A DNA stretch of 56,718 bases, filler included, from Sphacelaria rigidula (taxonomy: Eukaryota): NCBI GenBank assembly GCA_964200075.2. It is 6 parts of 6 records of this genome, joined end to end, with 100 filler letters (N's around TTAATTAATTAA, not from the genome) between each part and the next. Parts side by side here need not be neighbours in the genome. Positions count along the whole stretch, not along the records: positions 37,881 to 47,249 come from CAXNAA020008661.1; positions 47,350 to 56,718 come from CAXNAA020008662.1; 4 more parts are not named here. The stretch is one strand, 5' to 3'. The notes under the pieces are model-generated. The model was given only the letters and a program-made list of their open reading frames with translations, did no database searches and was not told where the DNA came from. A program made the translations under genes and the position numbers. This document shows positions 37,930-50,839 of this stretch, piece after piece; positions within the stretch are counted from its first letter, which is position 1; each line of letters begins with the position of its first letter.

Positions 37930-40315
37930 CAGACACGTCCAACATGAAGGTGCTCATTGCGTTTCCATACCTTACACACAAAAACCTTTCACATATCTCA
38001 TCCCCGTCCTCTTTCGCCGTCTGTGGCCACCATCAACCTCCTTGTTTAACCATCGTTTCCTCCCTACTGTTTAATGCATCAAACGATTCCATGCCATCTT
38101 CGTTCACGTCCCGCATTTTTCCCTCTAGCACGTTCCGCTCCTCCTCGTGAAGTTCACATTCTGCAACCATATGACTTTTGCTTTCTACTGCTTTGCCCCA
38201 GGGGCAGTTGTGTGCATCTACTTATTTCTCCACACGACTGCTGATATATCTCTTTCTTCTTTCTGGCATGTCCAGGTCTCCCACCCGAGATCGCAGTTTC
38301 ATATTTTTCGCCGTGTCCATTGGGCCATGCAGATATGTTTTCATCCCGATCCCCTCTCTCAACCCCCAATATATCTTCAGGTTTTCTTCCTCGTCTCCTT
38401 TGCGTCTAAGCGCTCTTTTTCCCCCTTACTTTCACCATGTATATTACTTTTGTCTTGTATCCTTCGCCTTCATCTATTGACAGTATTTGTCTTGGTTTCC
38501 TCCAATCTCCTTCCATATTTTCTCGACTTCTTCATCCCACCTTATTCCAGCATGCCCTTTCGTACTTTTCTTTCATACGGCCCTATCAACTATAGCTGGC
38601 AATCTCTTTCTCTGCCTGTTTTTACGCTATGCTGCCGCCTCAATTTCCTCATGTCTATGTTTGTTTTGAGTGAGTACATTCCCAACTCTGCTCTCAATGC
38701 TGTATTTCTCGTCGGTTTCGAGCATCCCAGTATCTTCTTAGCTGCTGCCATCGGTACTGTTTCCAACTTCTTCGCCAAGTTCACGTTCCCCTCCCACATT
38801 TCTCCTGCATATTTCAGCTTTGGTACAATCACGTTCATCAGGATACATCTGTTAATTCTAGCGTCTAGATGCGAGTCTCCGAGGATCACGTCCATCCTGC
38901 CTATTTGTGCCTCACCCTTTTCTATTACTTTGTTCGTGTGTACATCCCAAGAGCAGTTTCTTGAGATCTCTACGCCGAGGTGTGTATAGTGGTCTAGCAT
39001 CGGCAGTTCCTCTTTCACCCACTTCCATTTGAACTCTACCGGATTTTTTTCATCTTCGTTACAGACAAGTACCGCGCATGTGTTACTGTTCGCTGTACTC
39101 CAGAGCCTTTTCTATTCGTTTTTACAGTCCTTCTGCTGTTCCTGAGATCCCCACAAAATCATCTGCGAACATCAAACCCGATATCATATCTTCACCCGCC
39201 TTGATTCCTTGATTTGCTGTTGTTTAGTTGATATCAGGTCATTGATAAATACCTTGAACAAAGCGGGTGATGACGTACATCCTTGCGCAACTCCTTTCAG
39301 AATACCAAAATATTTGGATATTTCTCCTTCTAGCATCATGACACTTTTGGCACACTCTATCATCTTCTTCACCATTCTCCACATCTTTCCTCTAATCCCA
39401 GCTCCCCACAACGTTTCCTACAGCCCATTTTTCCATACTGTTGCCATAAGCCTTCTGCACGTCCAGAAAGAAACAGTACCTTGTCAGCCCGGCGTATTTC
39501 CTACCGTGAATAATGTTACCTAGTGTATACAGCGTTTTTCTTGGGTACGTCCATCGTGAGACCACCGCTGGACCCCGGGGGGGTCAGTCAAAGTGCGACA
39601 AAAGAAACAAATCATCAAATACACATGGCATGCGCAAGTACAGTTTGGTCCGAAACCTATTTGTCCCTCGCTGATTTTTCGCCCTCTTCTGGCATCGTTC
39701 CTACTTCATCATTCGGAATCTTATAGAACGTTTTCCCTACCGTGCTCAGTAGCGTTATCCCTCTATAGTTCCCAGGGTCAGTCTTGTCTCTTTTTGTTTA
39801 TTTGTTCACGGTTAGGACGAATCATCACGGGTTCGAGTCACCAAATCTACGATTTCTTCGACCTGATTGCCCAAAAGGGAGAAAATAGTTGACCGCTGGT
39901 CCACGGGGTATCCACGCAACGTTTGCGCCATTCCACGTGCCTGGGCTGCGTGTACCTGGGTTCCAACGCTGAAAACAAAGCCTAGGTATTGACTCGTACG
40001 ATTCGAATCAATTACACGAAAACCAAGTAATTTCCAGACGGATCATTGATCTGTCCGACCCTTGACTTTGTTAACGACTACTCCTCCTTTTCACCTCTTT
40101 CTTGGAGGTGTACTCGTTTTCCCAGATCCAGTTGTGCAGCATAACCATCATGATAATCATTCCCTTCCCCCCGTGCTTTAGAAATTCATTCAGCATTCCG
40201 TCCGCCCCTGCTGCCTTTTCGTTCTCGAGGCTAGGTACGCACTCTTTTACTTCATCTCTGGTAAGTTCTCTCTGTAATTCTCTCGAGCCACTATCCTCCC
40301 GATTCATACGGAGAG
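37930..40315 (-). pseudogene. Non-LTR retrotransposon (LINE) RT fragment, degenerate
   Basis: Motifs KAAGADG, NYRGITLLST, GVAQGC.SSP.LF.VFINDL, GLMFADD, YTHLGV, LRAELG, and a C-terminal CPW...H...C. Interrupted at ~39532-39618 and 39807-40064. Confidence 0.92.
39807..40064. mobile_element. MITE inserted in the LINE RT
   Basis: TIRs CACGGTTAGGAC...GTCCGACCCTTG with an imperfect 8-bp TSD (TATTTGTT/ACTTTGTT). It splits the VVN|LFKKGDK-equivalent region. Confidence 0.8.
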
Positions 40316-40542
40316 GGATTTTTGCGTTGTTGTTATGTTTTGCACCTGTGGCGATCGCTCCTGCCAATGCTCCAGCGAAGGCCATCTTGATATCTCGCGC
40401 GACGTTCGTTCGCTCGCCGCCGGCCTTCGACAGCGAAGCACACAGTGATATGCGGACAAATCTCAACTCTCGTCGCGAGCATCAACGCTAATTCGTCACA
40501 CCAGGGGCGAGCAAACGAAACAGAGACCAAGTCGCATGATTT

Positions 40543-40712
40543 CACACCTTGGACAATATATGGTCAATAGATGCAATAGACGAAAAGTGTACTGCATAAA
40601 GTATAGGTCTATTGCGACTATCGTCGGCCGGCAATAGTTACAATAGGCCTACACTTTATGCAGTACACTTTTCGTCTATTGCATCTATTGACCATATATT
40701 GTCCGGGGTGTG
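40543..40712. mobile_element. Foldback MITE (CACACCCTGGACAA family)
   Basis: Near-perfect inverted arms of ~70 bp and a perfect 8-bp TSD CATGATTT. Confidence 0.92.
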
Positions 40713-40791
40713 CATGATTTCAACATACTCATGTGTGTTGAGTCGAAGGGTCATTTTAGGCGTCTATACGGAAGGCCCGGGTGAAGTATTA

Positions 40792-42447
40792 CACACCCTG
40801 GACAATACAATATATAACATGCATCGCCCGCTCAATATATCGACGCGTCGGGTGGTCAATATATATTGGGCGAGCAATATGATGGCACGAGAGAGGGTCA
40901 ACATATATTGAGCATCAATATGTCAAGGCTCGCGACATGCAATCTATACCGACCGAACAATATATCACGACACGCGCCACCTCAATATATATTGGCCGAG
41001 TAATATGTTGGTGCGAGAAGGCACCAATACATATTTGTCGTGTAATATGTTGGCTGCCACCCAAGGTCAATATGTATTGACGATTCAATACACTCGACAC
41101 CCGAAGCGTGAATAAAACTTTTTCGCCCCAATATGTCGTGCGTCAATGCGTCCAACATATATTGGGCGAATGATACACGAGGGAACCGACGGTCACAATA
41201 CATGGTGTGGCAAAATATATTGATTTTCAACATGTAGGTAGGAAAGTGTATTGAAATTAGTATGGTGGGCAGTTCTTTGTTCGAGGGCGCCATTCAAACA
41301 TGTATTTTACATGCCGAACACGCTCAATGTATTCCTCCGCAAGCGTGTTCAATAGATATTGGCTGCACAATAGCTATCCGATGAGCGTGCGCAATATATA
41401 TTGGAAAAACAATACTTCTGCATGATTTGTGTTCAATATATTTGATGGTAACAATATGCTACGCATCGCTTCGATCAATATATATTGACACTTCAATACA
41501 TACACGGCCGGCGTGCACAATATATATTGAATATTTTATTCCTGGAGCAAATGCATGTCCAATATATATTGTCATATATTACTTCATGATCATGACACGA
41601 GCAATATATGTTGTTGCTTCAATGTCTCCCAGGACATCTCACCACAATATACATTGACAGGACAATTTTCCAGCTGGCTCCAATACAAAGTGTTGGTGTC
41701 ATATTGGAACATATTGTATTCTCCAGGGTATAAGCAACACAGCCCCGGTGACCACAGGGGTACCAAAAGGGGCAGACCGACCCGCGTTTTCTGCCATCGT
41801 GATGTTTGGCCAAGATGTATTAATTACATACTGGGAAGGGGATGGGCGGCTCCGCAACGGTGGCCAGATAGGTATCAGGAGGCATATATACCGGATTGCC
41901 TCTTCTGTCACCATATTTTTTTACCAGTATATATATATATATATATGTATATGTCAAACACATTCGACAACTCTCCGTAGTAATGCACGCGAACTTCTGC
42001 GGCTCCCTTTGAAGCTTTCCCAATCTGAACGGGCTCCGGCATCCATCGCGTTTGGATCATTCTTGAAGCGAACACCATACTTTTAGTATCCAATATGTAT
42101 TGATCGGCCAATACATTGACACCCACGCAGACCCAATATATATATTGACCGGTCAATATGTTCTCATCAATGCGAGCTTAATATATATATATATATATAT
42201 ATTGGTCGTGCAATATGCTGTCGCCCACGCTGCCCCAATATATATTGATGGGACATGTGTTCGACCCCACAGTACCAACAAACATTGGGCGGGCAATATG
42301 TATGCAGTCCGACGACATCACTATATATTGGGCGCGCAATACGTGAGCAGTCCAAGGGTGCCAATATATATTACGCCGGCAATATATCGCAAATTTCCAA
42401 TATGATCGACTAATACATATAAAGTACATTGTATTGTCCAGGGTGTG
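40792..42447. mobile_element. 1.66-kb non-autonomous DNA transposon filled with CAATATATATTG-type palindromes
   Basis: Perfect TIRs CACACCCTGGACAATACAAT...ATTGTATTGTCCAGGGTGTG and a perfect 8-bp TSD AAGTATTA. No transposase ORF. Confidence 0.93.
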
Positions 42448-42640
42448 AAGTATTACCACACAAACGGGCACTGGACGCAAGGTCGCGTGTCGTTGGCCGA
42501 GCACGACGGTGCCACGAACCGTACCCGAAGGTATAGATCTGGCGTCCGGACGACTGGCGTCCTATGTCCGACACACCATTAATCTATTGCTGTGATTTGA
42601 TGAGCCCCCCTTTCCTGCGAAGCAATGACTTGGATTACAC

Positions 42641-43338
42641 CACACCCTGAACAGAACATGGTCAATAGATGCAATACTTCATCTGTCCTGTAAGTCTGTG
42701 CAGTTATGTTTGTATGACCCCCCAACGATTTCCGATTTGATTCTCAGTTTTTTTTGTTGCATTCGTCGACGTTTTTAGAGCTAATAACAATACTCTTTCT
42801 GCAACGTGGGTGCTTGACCCGTGCAGCCTCGGGACCGGAAAAAAAAGGGTCGGTCAAAATATGGTCATGTTTCGCTTTTTTCCCAGTAAAGCATAGCAGA
42901 CCCGGGAATCGCGAAAAATCGTGAAATATATGTGAAAACCGCGAAATCACCACGTATTTGGATATCTCCGTGACGTCAACCTACGCACGCCCCATCTCAC
43001 AAATTTTCAGTATGGAATCGCTAGTGCTCGACCTGAAGACGTCCAAAATCGGTCAACATTGGGGTATAAGTGGACCACCAAGGGCCAAAATGGTGTATTT
43101 TTTCCACCTAATTTTAGTATTGAAAATGTTTTATTTTCCCCTTTTTTTCGAGTCAGCTTCGTCTGTGCGTCATCTCTCTAACGAACTCAACTGTAGGATG
43201 ATCGTCAGCGTTGAAATACCCAAACGATCAAACGTCCATAACTGCACAGACTTAAGAGACAGAGGAAGTAGACCAACACTTCAACCAGCACACTTCTTGT
43301 ATACTGCATCTATTGACCCATATATTGTGCAGAGTGTG
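42641..43338. mobile_element. CACACC-family MITE with a nested Tc1/mariner-type MITE (42677-43268)
   Basis: The outer TIRs resemble 40543-40712. The inner element runs TA|CTTCATCTGTC...GACAGAGGAAG|TA with TIRs of ~40 bp. Confidence 0.8.
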
Positions 43339-44012
43339 GATTCAACCTATAATGGTGATTTATACCAATATTCTTGTTCTTGCCCTCCATCCTATAAAAG
43401 AGGCGGTTCATGAAATGATATCTCTATATGGTCAATACTCGTGCGGATATCGGATTCAAAGCACAACCGCCAGAGCTCCTACACTGCGAAGTGGAACCTG
43501 AATCAGGCGATCGGGAATCGAATACCCCGCTTAGTTGTGGATGCACACCGTGACCCCCCGCGCCCCCGCCCCCCCTCTACCCAAAGCGCGCAGGGGGTGA
43601 TCGCGAGCCTGTTTCAGCGAAAATCCGTCGTGTTCCGTCCCAGTTTTGTAGGGATGCGAGGTCAACGGTCTCATGACTACGGCATGCAAGATCAAGAGTA
43701 AACCCCAAAGTGCACAGGCAGGGATGTACGGACATATTTCGGAGCGGGGCCGTCTCGATCACCACGGGTACTCTACGCTCAAGCAGTAGAGTTCATCTGC
43801 CGACAACAAAAAACAAGATGTGGCTCGTTTGAAGGGCGATCCTCCCGAGATCTTTCGAATTTGGCGCACCACTTTTGTCAGCACTTTTTCAGCACTGTTG
43901 TTACCGAAAAAAAACCGCGGCAGCTAAAATGTACCAAGCCCCGCCCCGAAGGGCGTTCTGACTGACCGTTGCAGCGGAGGTCAACTACGGTGGATAAGCA
44001 CACCTGGTGACA

Positions 44013-44312
44013 TCATTTCCTCAGCCCGGGTTTTTTTTCATGGGAAAGGTTCTCCACAACATTAACCCCAATACCTCGCGTATGCACTAGAAGGATATCG
44101 ACGAGATCTTCCAACAACACACGATGTCTTTCTCTTGATGTGCAGTACTGTGCTGCCCGGCGCACAGCCAGCTTCAACATCTGAGCTTCGATTTTCATCA
44201 CCTTCCGTGCGAAGTCACGCGAAACCCCACTTCCCTCATCTCCCCCACGCAGAGTGAATGCACGAAACGAGGGGGGCGAAGCGACGGGGGGACGGGGGGG
44301 GTGCACATCCAT
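44013..44312 (-). CDS. Divergent histone H4-like fold (99-aa ORF from ATG, or C-terminus of a decayed longer ORF, or an exon)
   Basis: PPSFRAFTLRGG...VSRDFARKVMKIEAQMLKLAVRRAAQYCTSRERHRVLLEDLVDIL aligns by eye to H4 KPAIRRLARRGG...[45 protein letters not shown] with no gaps through helices 2-3. Confidence 0.6.
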   Translation of the reverse strand: MDVHPPRPPVASPPSFRAFTLRGGDEGSGVSRDFARKVMKIEAQMLKLAVRRAAQYCTSRERHRVLLEDLVDILLVHTRGIGVNVVENLSHEKKPGLRK

Positions 44313-44877
44313 CAGCAGCCCTTTTTCTGCGAGCTTCCCCACCTTTCTGCATAATCATGATCATGCACTTTCACGCCTTCTGAATACAGTTCTGCAATCT
44401 GGTTTTGCTGGGCGCTTGCCTGACTCAAACAATACCTCGGCAGTCTTCGAACCGTGTTCATACCACCCGGACCAGTTGAACCCAACGACTGTAGGGCACA
44501 CTGTGGACTAGACAGGTGCAACAGCAACACTTGACCGTTTGAACACCCTAGGATTATGTTCCGAGATTACGTTCACTAACAGTGCCGCGGAAGACTGGCG
44601 TTTTTTTCTTCATCTAGATGGACGATACGATGCAAACTGAATTTTTTCAGCCAATAAGCGTGCAGCACCATTTTGCGATGGTTGAGCGAGGCGGGTGCGC
44701 CATTTTCGTCTTCCGTTCAAAAATTTATCGTGTGTTTTGCCAGCGTCAGCAGTATCAGAGCAATGGCCACATCCGCACACCTTGCTACCCACCATGGAAG
44801 CACTTGAAGACAGATGCGAATGCTGCCGGGGGACACTTGCTGGCAATAGGGGTTTGTCGGGGGCAGAGGGGGTGGGG

Positions 44878-44992
44878 GTACTCATGATCTTGTATGCCGT
44901 AGTCTCGAGACCGTTGACCTCGCATCCCCTACAAAGCCGGGATGGAGCACGCCGGGTTTTCGCTGGACCAGGCTCGCAATCAGGCACCAAGC
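44878..44992 (-). mobile_element. 5'-truncated SINE family B copy
   Basis: G-run + GTACTCATGATCTTG...CATCCCCTACAAAGCCGGGATGGAGCAC. Similar fragments lie at about 20395, 25414, 31083, 33611, 37658, 43600 and 47185. Confidence 0.8.
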
Positions 44993-46639
44993 GACAAGAG
45001 TTTGTGAGGTTACCGCCACGGTTTTTATGCGCGTTGCTTGTGGGTGTTTCGACTCATGGTGCTTGACTTACTGCATTGGCTGCTGGGAGATGGGTGGGGG
45101 GAAATCGCAAATATTTTGCACAATAAAACAGAATCACCACCCAACCACAGCCCGCGCCTGCAGCACATGCATTGCCCAGCAAACACGCTGTCATTGATCC
45201 GTTCAGAAGTAACTACTTTCGTCGACCACATACTGTACTGGCACTATATTTTTAGTGCTACCACTTGTTGTCCTGAGGCGGTGAAGTGTTGCTGATCGCG
45301 GCTTGTGCAGCACTAACTATGATGCGGAGCACATGGAGGTGATGACGTTTCCCACTCTCTGTCTGCATGTGATTTTCAGGCCGTTTTGAACGATACGTGT
45401 ACAAATCGACGCTTTCCATCCACGTTTCCATTTTGCACTCGGGCAAACGAGAAAATAACAATGTCAGGCTATAATAAACGCTCTGAGGCCCACGTAAGTG
45501 GTACACATCCGATTACATCGAGTCATGTCAGTATCGCCACCGCCCTATAACATCATGACTCTCTCAAATACAGCAAAATCATTTTCGGCAAATCGTGTAG
45601 TCATGGTGTGTGTAGCACCAGGGCTGCGTGTCCCAACTGCGCGCAACCAACAGCAGCGGCTGATATTGAAGGGTTCCTAATTTCCAATTTGTGAACGGTA
45701 ATGAATAACGCCTCGGGCAAAGCTTCACGCACGTCCCCAACAGTGAATAAATAAATTGGAAAACGTGCGTGGAAACTACAGATATGGATTATATATATAT
45801 ATATATATATTCTTTTTCGCGTCTTCAACGGTTCACTCTCGGACCACGTCAAGGTTCGCACAGTGCGGCCGGCGCAACCGCTCTAATACTGGATTTAGAC
45901 TGCTGTGGAAGCCCACGAAATTTGACTTTTGGAGTCCAACACGCCCGATCTACAGCAGCAGCACACGACAACAAAGCCATAGCCGAACATACTGTAGAGA
46001 AGCATGGAAGCTGCACAGCCCGTTGACAGACATGGTCCACAACAAAGGTTAAGGAGGATGTTACCACAAAAAGCGGCGAAACAGCAGTCATCCACACACA
46101 GCACACGGCAGCAGACAGCAGTAGGGTTGTCAATTCACCGCTGCGCACGTTTGCGGCTTCGTAAAAACGACCTAAAGGGTTAAATAAGCTATATGGGTGT
46201 CCTAGGGGCGTACTAGGCCTTCGATTTCCGAGAGAGAGACTTCGCGGTCGCATTTTTCAGGTTTCAAATGCGCCTCAGTAGGGTCCCGGTATAAACCCCA
46301 CGCACACGCCCAAACGCATGTAGAGGGGCCCACACAGGTGTATCCGAGGCCAGTCACGGCATATTATCGACTCATACACTACTGGCGAGTGCGTTCGCTA
46401 AGTTTGTACTCCAATTAGTATCAGGTGAAGAAGAAACTGTTGCTATCCTAGGACCGGCCCGAAAATATGGATATGCGTGCGTTTTGCGATCCGATGGCGA
46501 CAGTATCTAGCATATGGCCTCGAGACAAAAAGACGGCGTGGAATATAACCTCAAGTACAATGCTACGAGATCACATTGACCCCAAAACATCAGAAAGTTA
46601 CAGTATTTCCCGTAGGCGGCATCGCGCGTGTTTATGCTG

Positions 46640-46982
46640 CTTTTGTGGGATTTTTTTTTTTTCTTTTCTTTATATAATAGTATTTTATTTTACTTTATTT
46701 GCTCTTTACTTTCCTCTTCTTTCCCTTTTTTATTTTTGTTTCGGGTCGGCCATGTTTTTGGGCTTTGCTTTTGTGGATCTTTTCTTCTTATTTTTCTGTT
46801 TTTTTGTCACGTCGTAGTCCACCATGTCGTCCTGTTCGGCTTTTTATTTTTTCTGTTCCTTCTTTTCCGAGCAAGTATTTCATGGGGGGGGGTTTTAGTG
46901 CGTCTATCATGACACTACGGCTGGACCCCTGGGGGGTCAGTTTAGGTACGACAATCAATCAATCTATCGATCAATCAAATCA
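46640..46982 (+). mobile_element. 3' end of a different retroposon with an (AATC)n tail
   Basis: GCTGGACCCC.GGGGGGTCAGT followed by AATC repeats. The same terminus is inserted in the LINE at ~39532-39618. Confidence 0.6.
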
Positions 46983-49118
46983 TCAGGGGCCTCCACCACA
47001 AAATCACGGCTGGCCCCAGCAAAACCACCGGCAGCTCTGCGGGGACGTCTGGCGTTTGGACTACAGTAGTTGTGCGTGGAGCAGTCTTTTTGAGGTTGTT
47101 TGGTGTTAAATCTCACCCTATTGCAGTAATCTGCTTTCTGTATGTGTGTTTTGGCCTTATTGCCCTCTCCCCCCAATGGTGGCGCACCCATGAGGCAGTG
47201 TATAAGCCGTGGCTGTCTCTGGAAGTGGCGAAACCAGAAAATAAAGCAANNNNNNNNNNNNNNNNNNNNNNNNNNNNNNNNNNNNNNNNNNNNTTAATTA
47301 ATTAANNNNNNNNNNNNNNNNNNNNNNNNNNNNNNNNNNNNNNNNNNNNTCTTTCGTGCAAGACAGATATGCCACTTCAGCCCCATATTTTGTTTGAACC
47401 CCAAAATATAAAATCGGCTGTTATATGCTGACTGTCTGTATACGGGCTATACAGTACATGAGCTATTCATTATTCTACGACGAATGTCGCACTACTTCGG
47501 TTATTCCTACGATCTTTTTCCTAACGATGAACCGTTAATGGTTTTACCGCTAATTCGAGCATGTATATTCGGAACTGTTATTTCTCAACTTCCAACAACT
47601 TCCTGGGGCTCTTCCTTGGGTTTGCGGCGACAGGGCTTTTGCGAAAGAATGAAAAAACGGTCGTAGTGCCGGCTTTTCGGGGTCCCAGAATGGGACGACT
47701 TCGGAAAACGAGTTCGATCCTGTCTGACCCCCGAAAAACGGTAACACACTCGCGAAGAAAAAAACTTCGTCGATCGAAACTTATGTCATGACCCATAGCA
47801 CATTTGTGCAAAGTCTCAGCGTATAACTACTCCTAATAACTGCGTGAAGGTTTGCGCGTATGTGCGAGGACGTGAGCTTAAAACGTGCAGAGTCCTAACG
47901 AATTGGTTTCAGGATGAAAACGTATTTTGGGGTGAATTTTGCGTCAAGGCAAGAAGAGCTGTATGAGGTTTTCGAGTTTGTCGACCAAACTTTGTTCATG
48001 TGTTCCTTGAACTATCCCGGGACGCATCATGTTATTTTTTTCGTTTGAGGCATTCTGTAATGCCTTCCGGCGTCTTTATACTGAGACCCCCGGAAGCCGG
48101 TAGAGAACGGAGAAACTTTGAAATCTTGCCAAGAATGTATATTTTTCATTCGGAGCAGAATACCTACGGAACTGCCAAGTCTGAGGATGATCTGAGATTT
48201 TCCACAACATATATAAGGGAAATCGTCACGAGGCTCCCTGGGTCTTTCGTACGTATCATGAGTTGAAAGTAGACGACGCCAAACCTCCACATCACCCAAA
48301 CATTACGGTTTCGATCATATTTCGAGACCCTTGGAACCGTTTTCAAATTTGTTTCTCCCGTTAGATTTCCGAGCTGATGACGGTTACTACGACTTGAAGC
48401 ATGTGGAGATTCGGTGGAAATTGGGCTTGAAATTCGTGTTCTCAATTTCAGAACATTTTGAAAGCCGCTGATTTGTCGAGACATTATTTTGTCCATAGCG
48501 CCACCGCTTTAGCCTTGAACAAAAATACGGCTATGTCACCCTCTTCGTCTGCACATTGCGGTCAGTATGATATCATGCATGCGACACTTGGGTACGTATT
48601 GCGGAAGGCATTTGCCGATGACAGAACTTTGGGTCTTTTGCGTAAACCAGCCCGTATGTATGAAGAAACATAGATAGAAACATGGAAGCAAAGTAAGCGT
48701 CGTTTTAGACGACGAAAAATGGTTCATTGCTTGCATTAGTGCGCGTTTCCGTGTCCATTTTCTACTTTTCCGTCCTGAATGTGGGCATGGCGGTTTTCCA
48801 TGGCGTTGCTCATTTCGACTTCCAAAAGTGGGAAGTGGGCACCCTCGAACATCATCACTGCTGCTCCTTTCATGCGGATTGAGGCATGCACAGTCCCGAC
48901 ATTGCAGACACCATGACAGCAGCAGCAGCGCAAGCGCCATCATCACCTTGAGAAACATATCTACATGTAACGCAGTCGTGACTAGTGTACCGCGTCTGCT
49001 TTCAACTACACGACACAGACAGCAGTGCCGACGTTTTGGGGTGATCACTTTCTGAATCTGACCTTGGAAACGGACACCCCGATGGAGAGCGATCACCCAA
49101 CTTTCCGTGAACATAATA

Positions 49119-49708
49119 CTTCCTCCGTCCATAAAGGTCCTCGTGGGCCTTCAATCGTTTGGGTACTTCAACCTTGACGATCATCCTATGGTTGGGTTCG
49201 TTAGAGAGGTAAAGCGCAGACGAAGCTGATAAAGAAAAAAAACGAGAACGAAAACTTTGCATCACTGAAATTATGTTGAAATACACCCCATTTTGACCTT
49301 TTTGATCCAGTTATACCCCATCATTGACAGGTTTTGGACGTTTTCACGTCGATCACTAGCAATGACATGCTAGCAAAATGTCGGATGGGGTGTGCGTAGG
49401 TTAACATCACGGACATGTCCAAAATTAATGGTTTCGCGGTTTTCACATTTTTTGGCCCATACTGATGATTTTTCGTGTCCCCGGGTTTCTCATGCTTTTC
49501 TCGGAAAACGAGCGAAAAATGGCCGTTTCTGGCCCGACCTACTTTTTCTCGGCCGCGCGGCTGCATGGACCAAGCACCCACGTTGTAGAAAGAGTGCTGG
49601 TTTGAGCTGAAAAACGCCGACGAATGCAACAACAAAATCGAAAATCAAACATCACACCGTTAAGGGTCCGTGCAATCACAAGGATCTTTACTTATGGGGC
49701 AGAGGAAG
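49119..49708. mobile_element. Tc1/mariner-type (Stowaway-like) MITE
   Basis: TA|CTTCCTCCGTCC...GGGCAGAGGAAG|TA. It is homologous in inverted orientation to 42677-43268, and a third start lies at 28253. Confidence 0.8.
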
Positions 49709-50839
49709 TATTATATGAGAACTATACATGGGAAACGCACGAACATGGAGAAACTATGACCCCGTTTCTACCGTTAACCCTTCGACTGCGAGCTTTGGTT
49801 GGGAACGATTTCGCGAGTGGTTCCGCCAGCCCCTAACCCGTCCCGACGAAAACTGCCATAGAAGGAATGATAGATGGTCTCAGTTTTCGTGAAATCCCTC
49901 ATATGGGCGACATTGGCAAAAACGATTCCAAGCATGGGAGTCCTCAGGTGCTCCGGGTACTCGCCTTCTGTCATTTTTGTTTACATGTCGATTTTGCCTC
50001 CTCAAACAGACATGTTTCTGGGGGGGGCTGTGGCGTCATCACTCTTCCTTACTTCTGCTATACAACACGATTGTGGATCGAAAGATACTGCGAACCGAAT
50101 TTGACATGCCGATAATTTGTTATATACGGTATATTATTTGAATAATTCTGATACAAACTTCTCCGTATTTTCTATGAATGTACCGCAGCTAATTCCTTCC
50201 TGTAAATTTATGATTGTTATACATGCTATGATTGTACCGCGCTATTATGTCATTCATGGTTCTTGATTTAACCTGCTGCATTCAAAATTTCGTTTGTCAT
50301 CCCAGTTCTACTGTAGTCCATAGTCGTACATGACTCACCCCAGTTCAAGTGTTGTGAGGAGACTCTACGAGTCAACTCTCTCCCTATACGACGTACATCA
50401 TCATCTCCATCCGTCGCAGCCACTATCATACCCGTCAATCACCCGTAAATTCTGCCTCTTAATGAACCTGGGTTCGCGACGTTTTTTTTATGCATTCGAA
50501 AACAAGCATGTAACCTTTCGTACATGTACGTTCCTCTCGTTACATGTCATCCACGTGTGTATGATAGACGCGAAAACAAATCACGGTACACGGAATCTGA
50601 TGTCGAAGTAGATACAGGATTTGGGGGGAGGAGGAGATGCGTGCACCGACTTGTCACTGAGCACCATGTTTTGCGATGAGTTCCATTCTTATGAGGTGTA
50701 ACGCGTCTACAAGCTCACACAGTATGCGCACATTCGTATTGGTCTCAGCTTTGGTATCGACGGAAAACAAAGGCAAATAATATGAGAATGCGCACCGGGC
50801 AAGAAATACTCGCGAGGGGGTATACAGTCTAGTCTTGCA

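Noticed and set aside
40810-42430. CRISPR-like alternation of palindromic repeat and spacer
   Set aside because: The repeats are ~12 bp and degenerate, spacer length varies, no cas genes are present, and the array is bounded by TIRs and a TSD in eukaryotic DNA.
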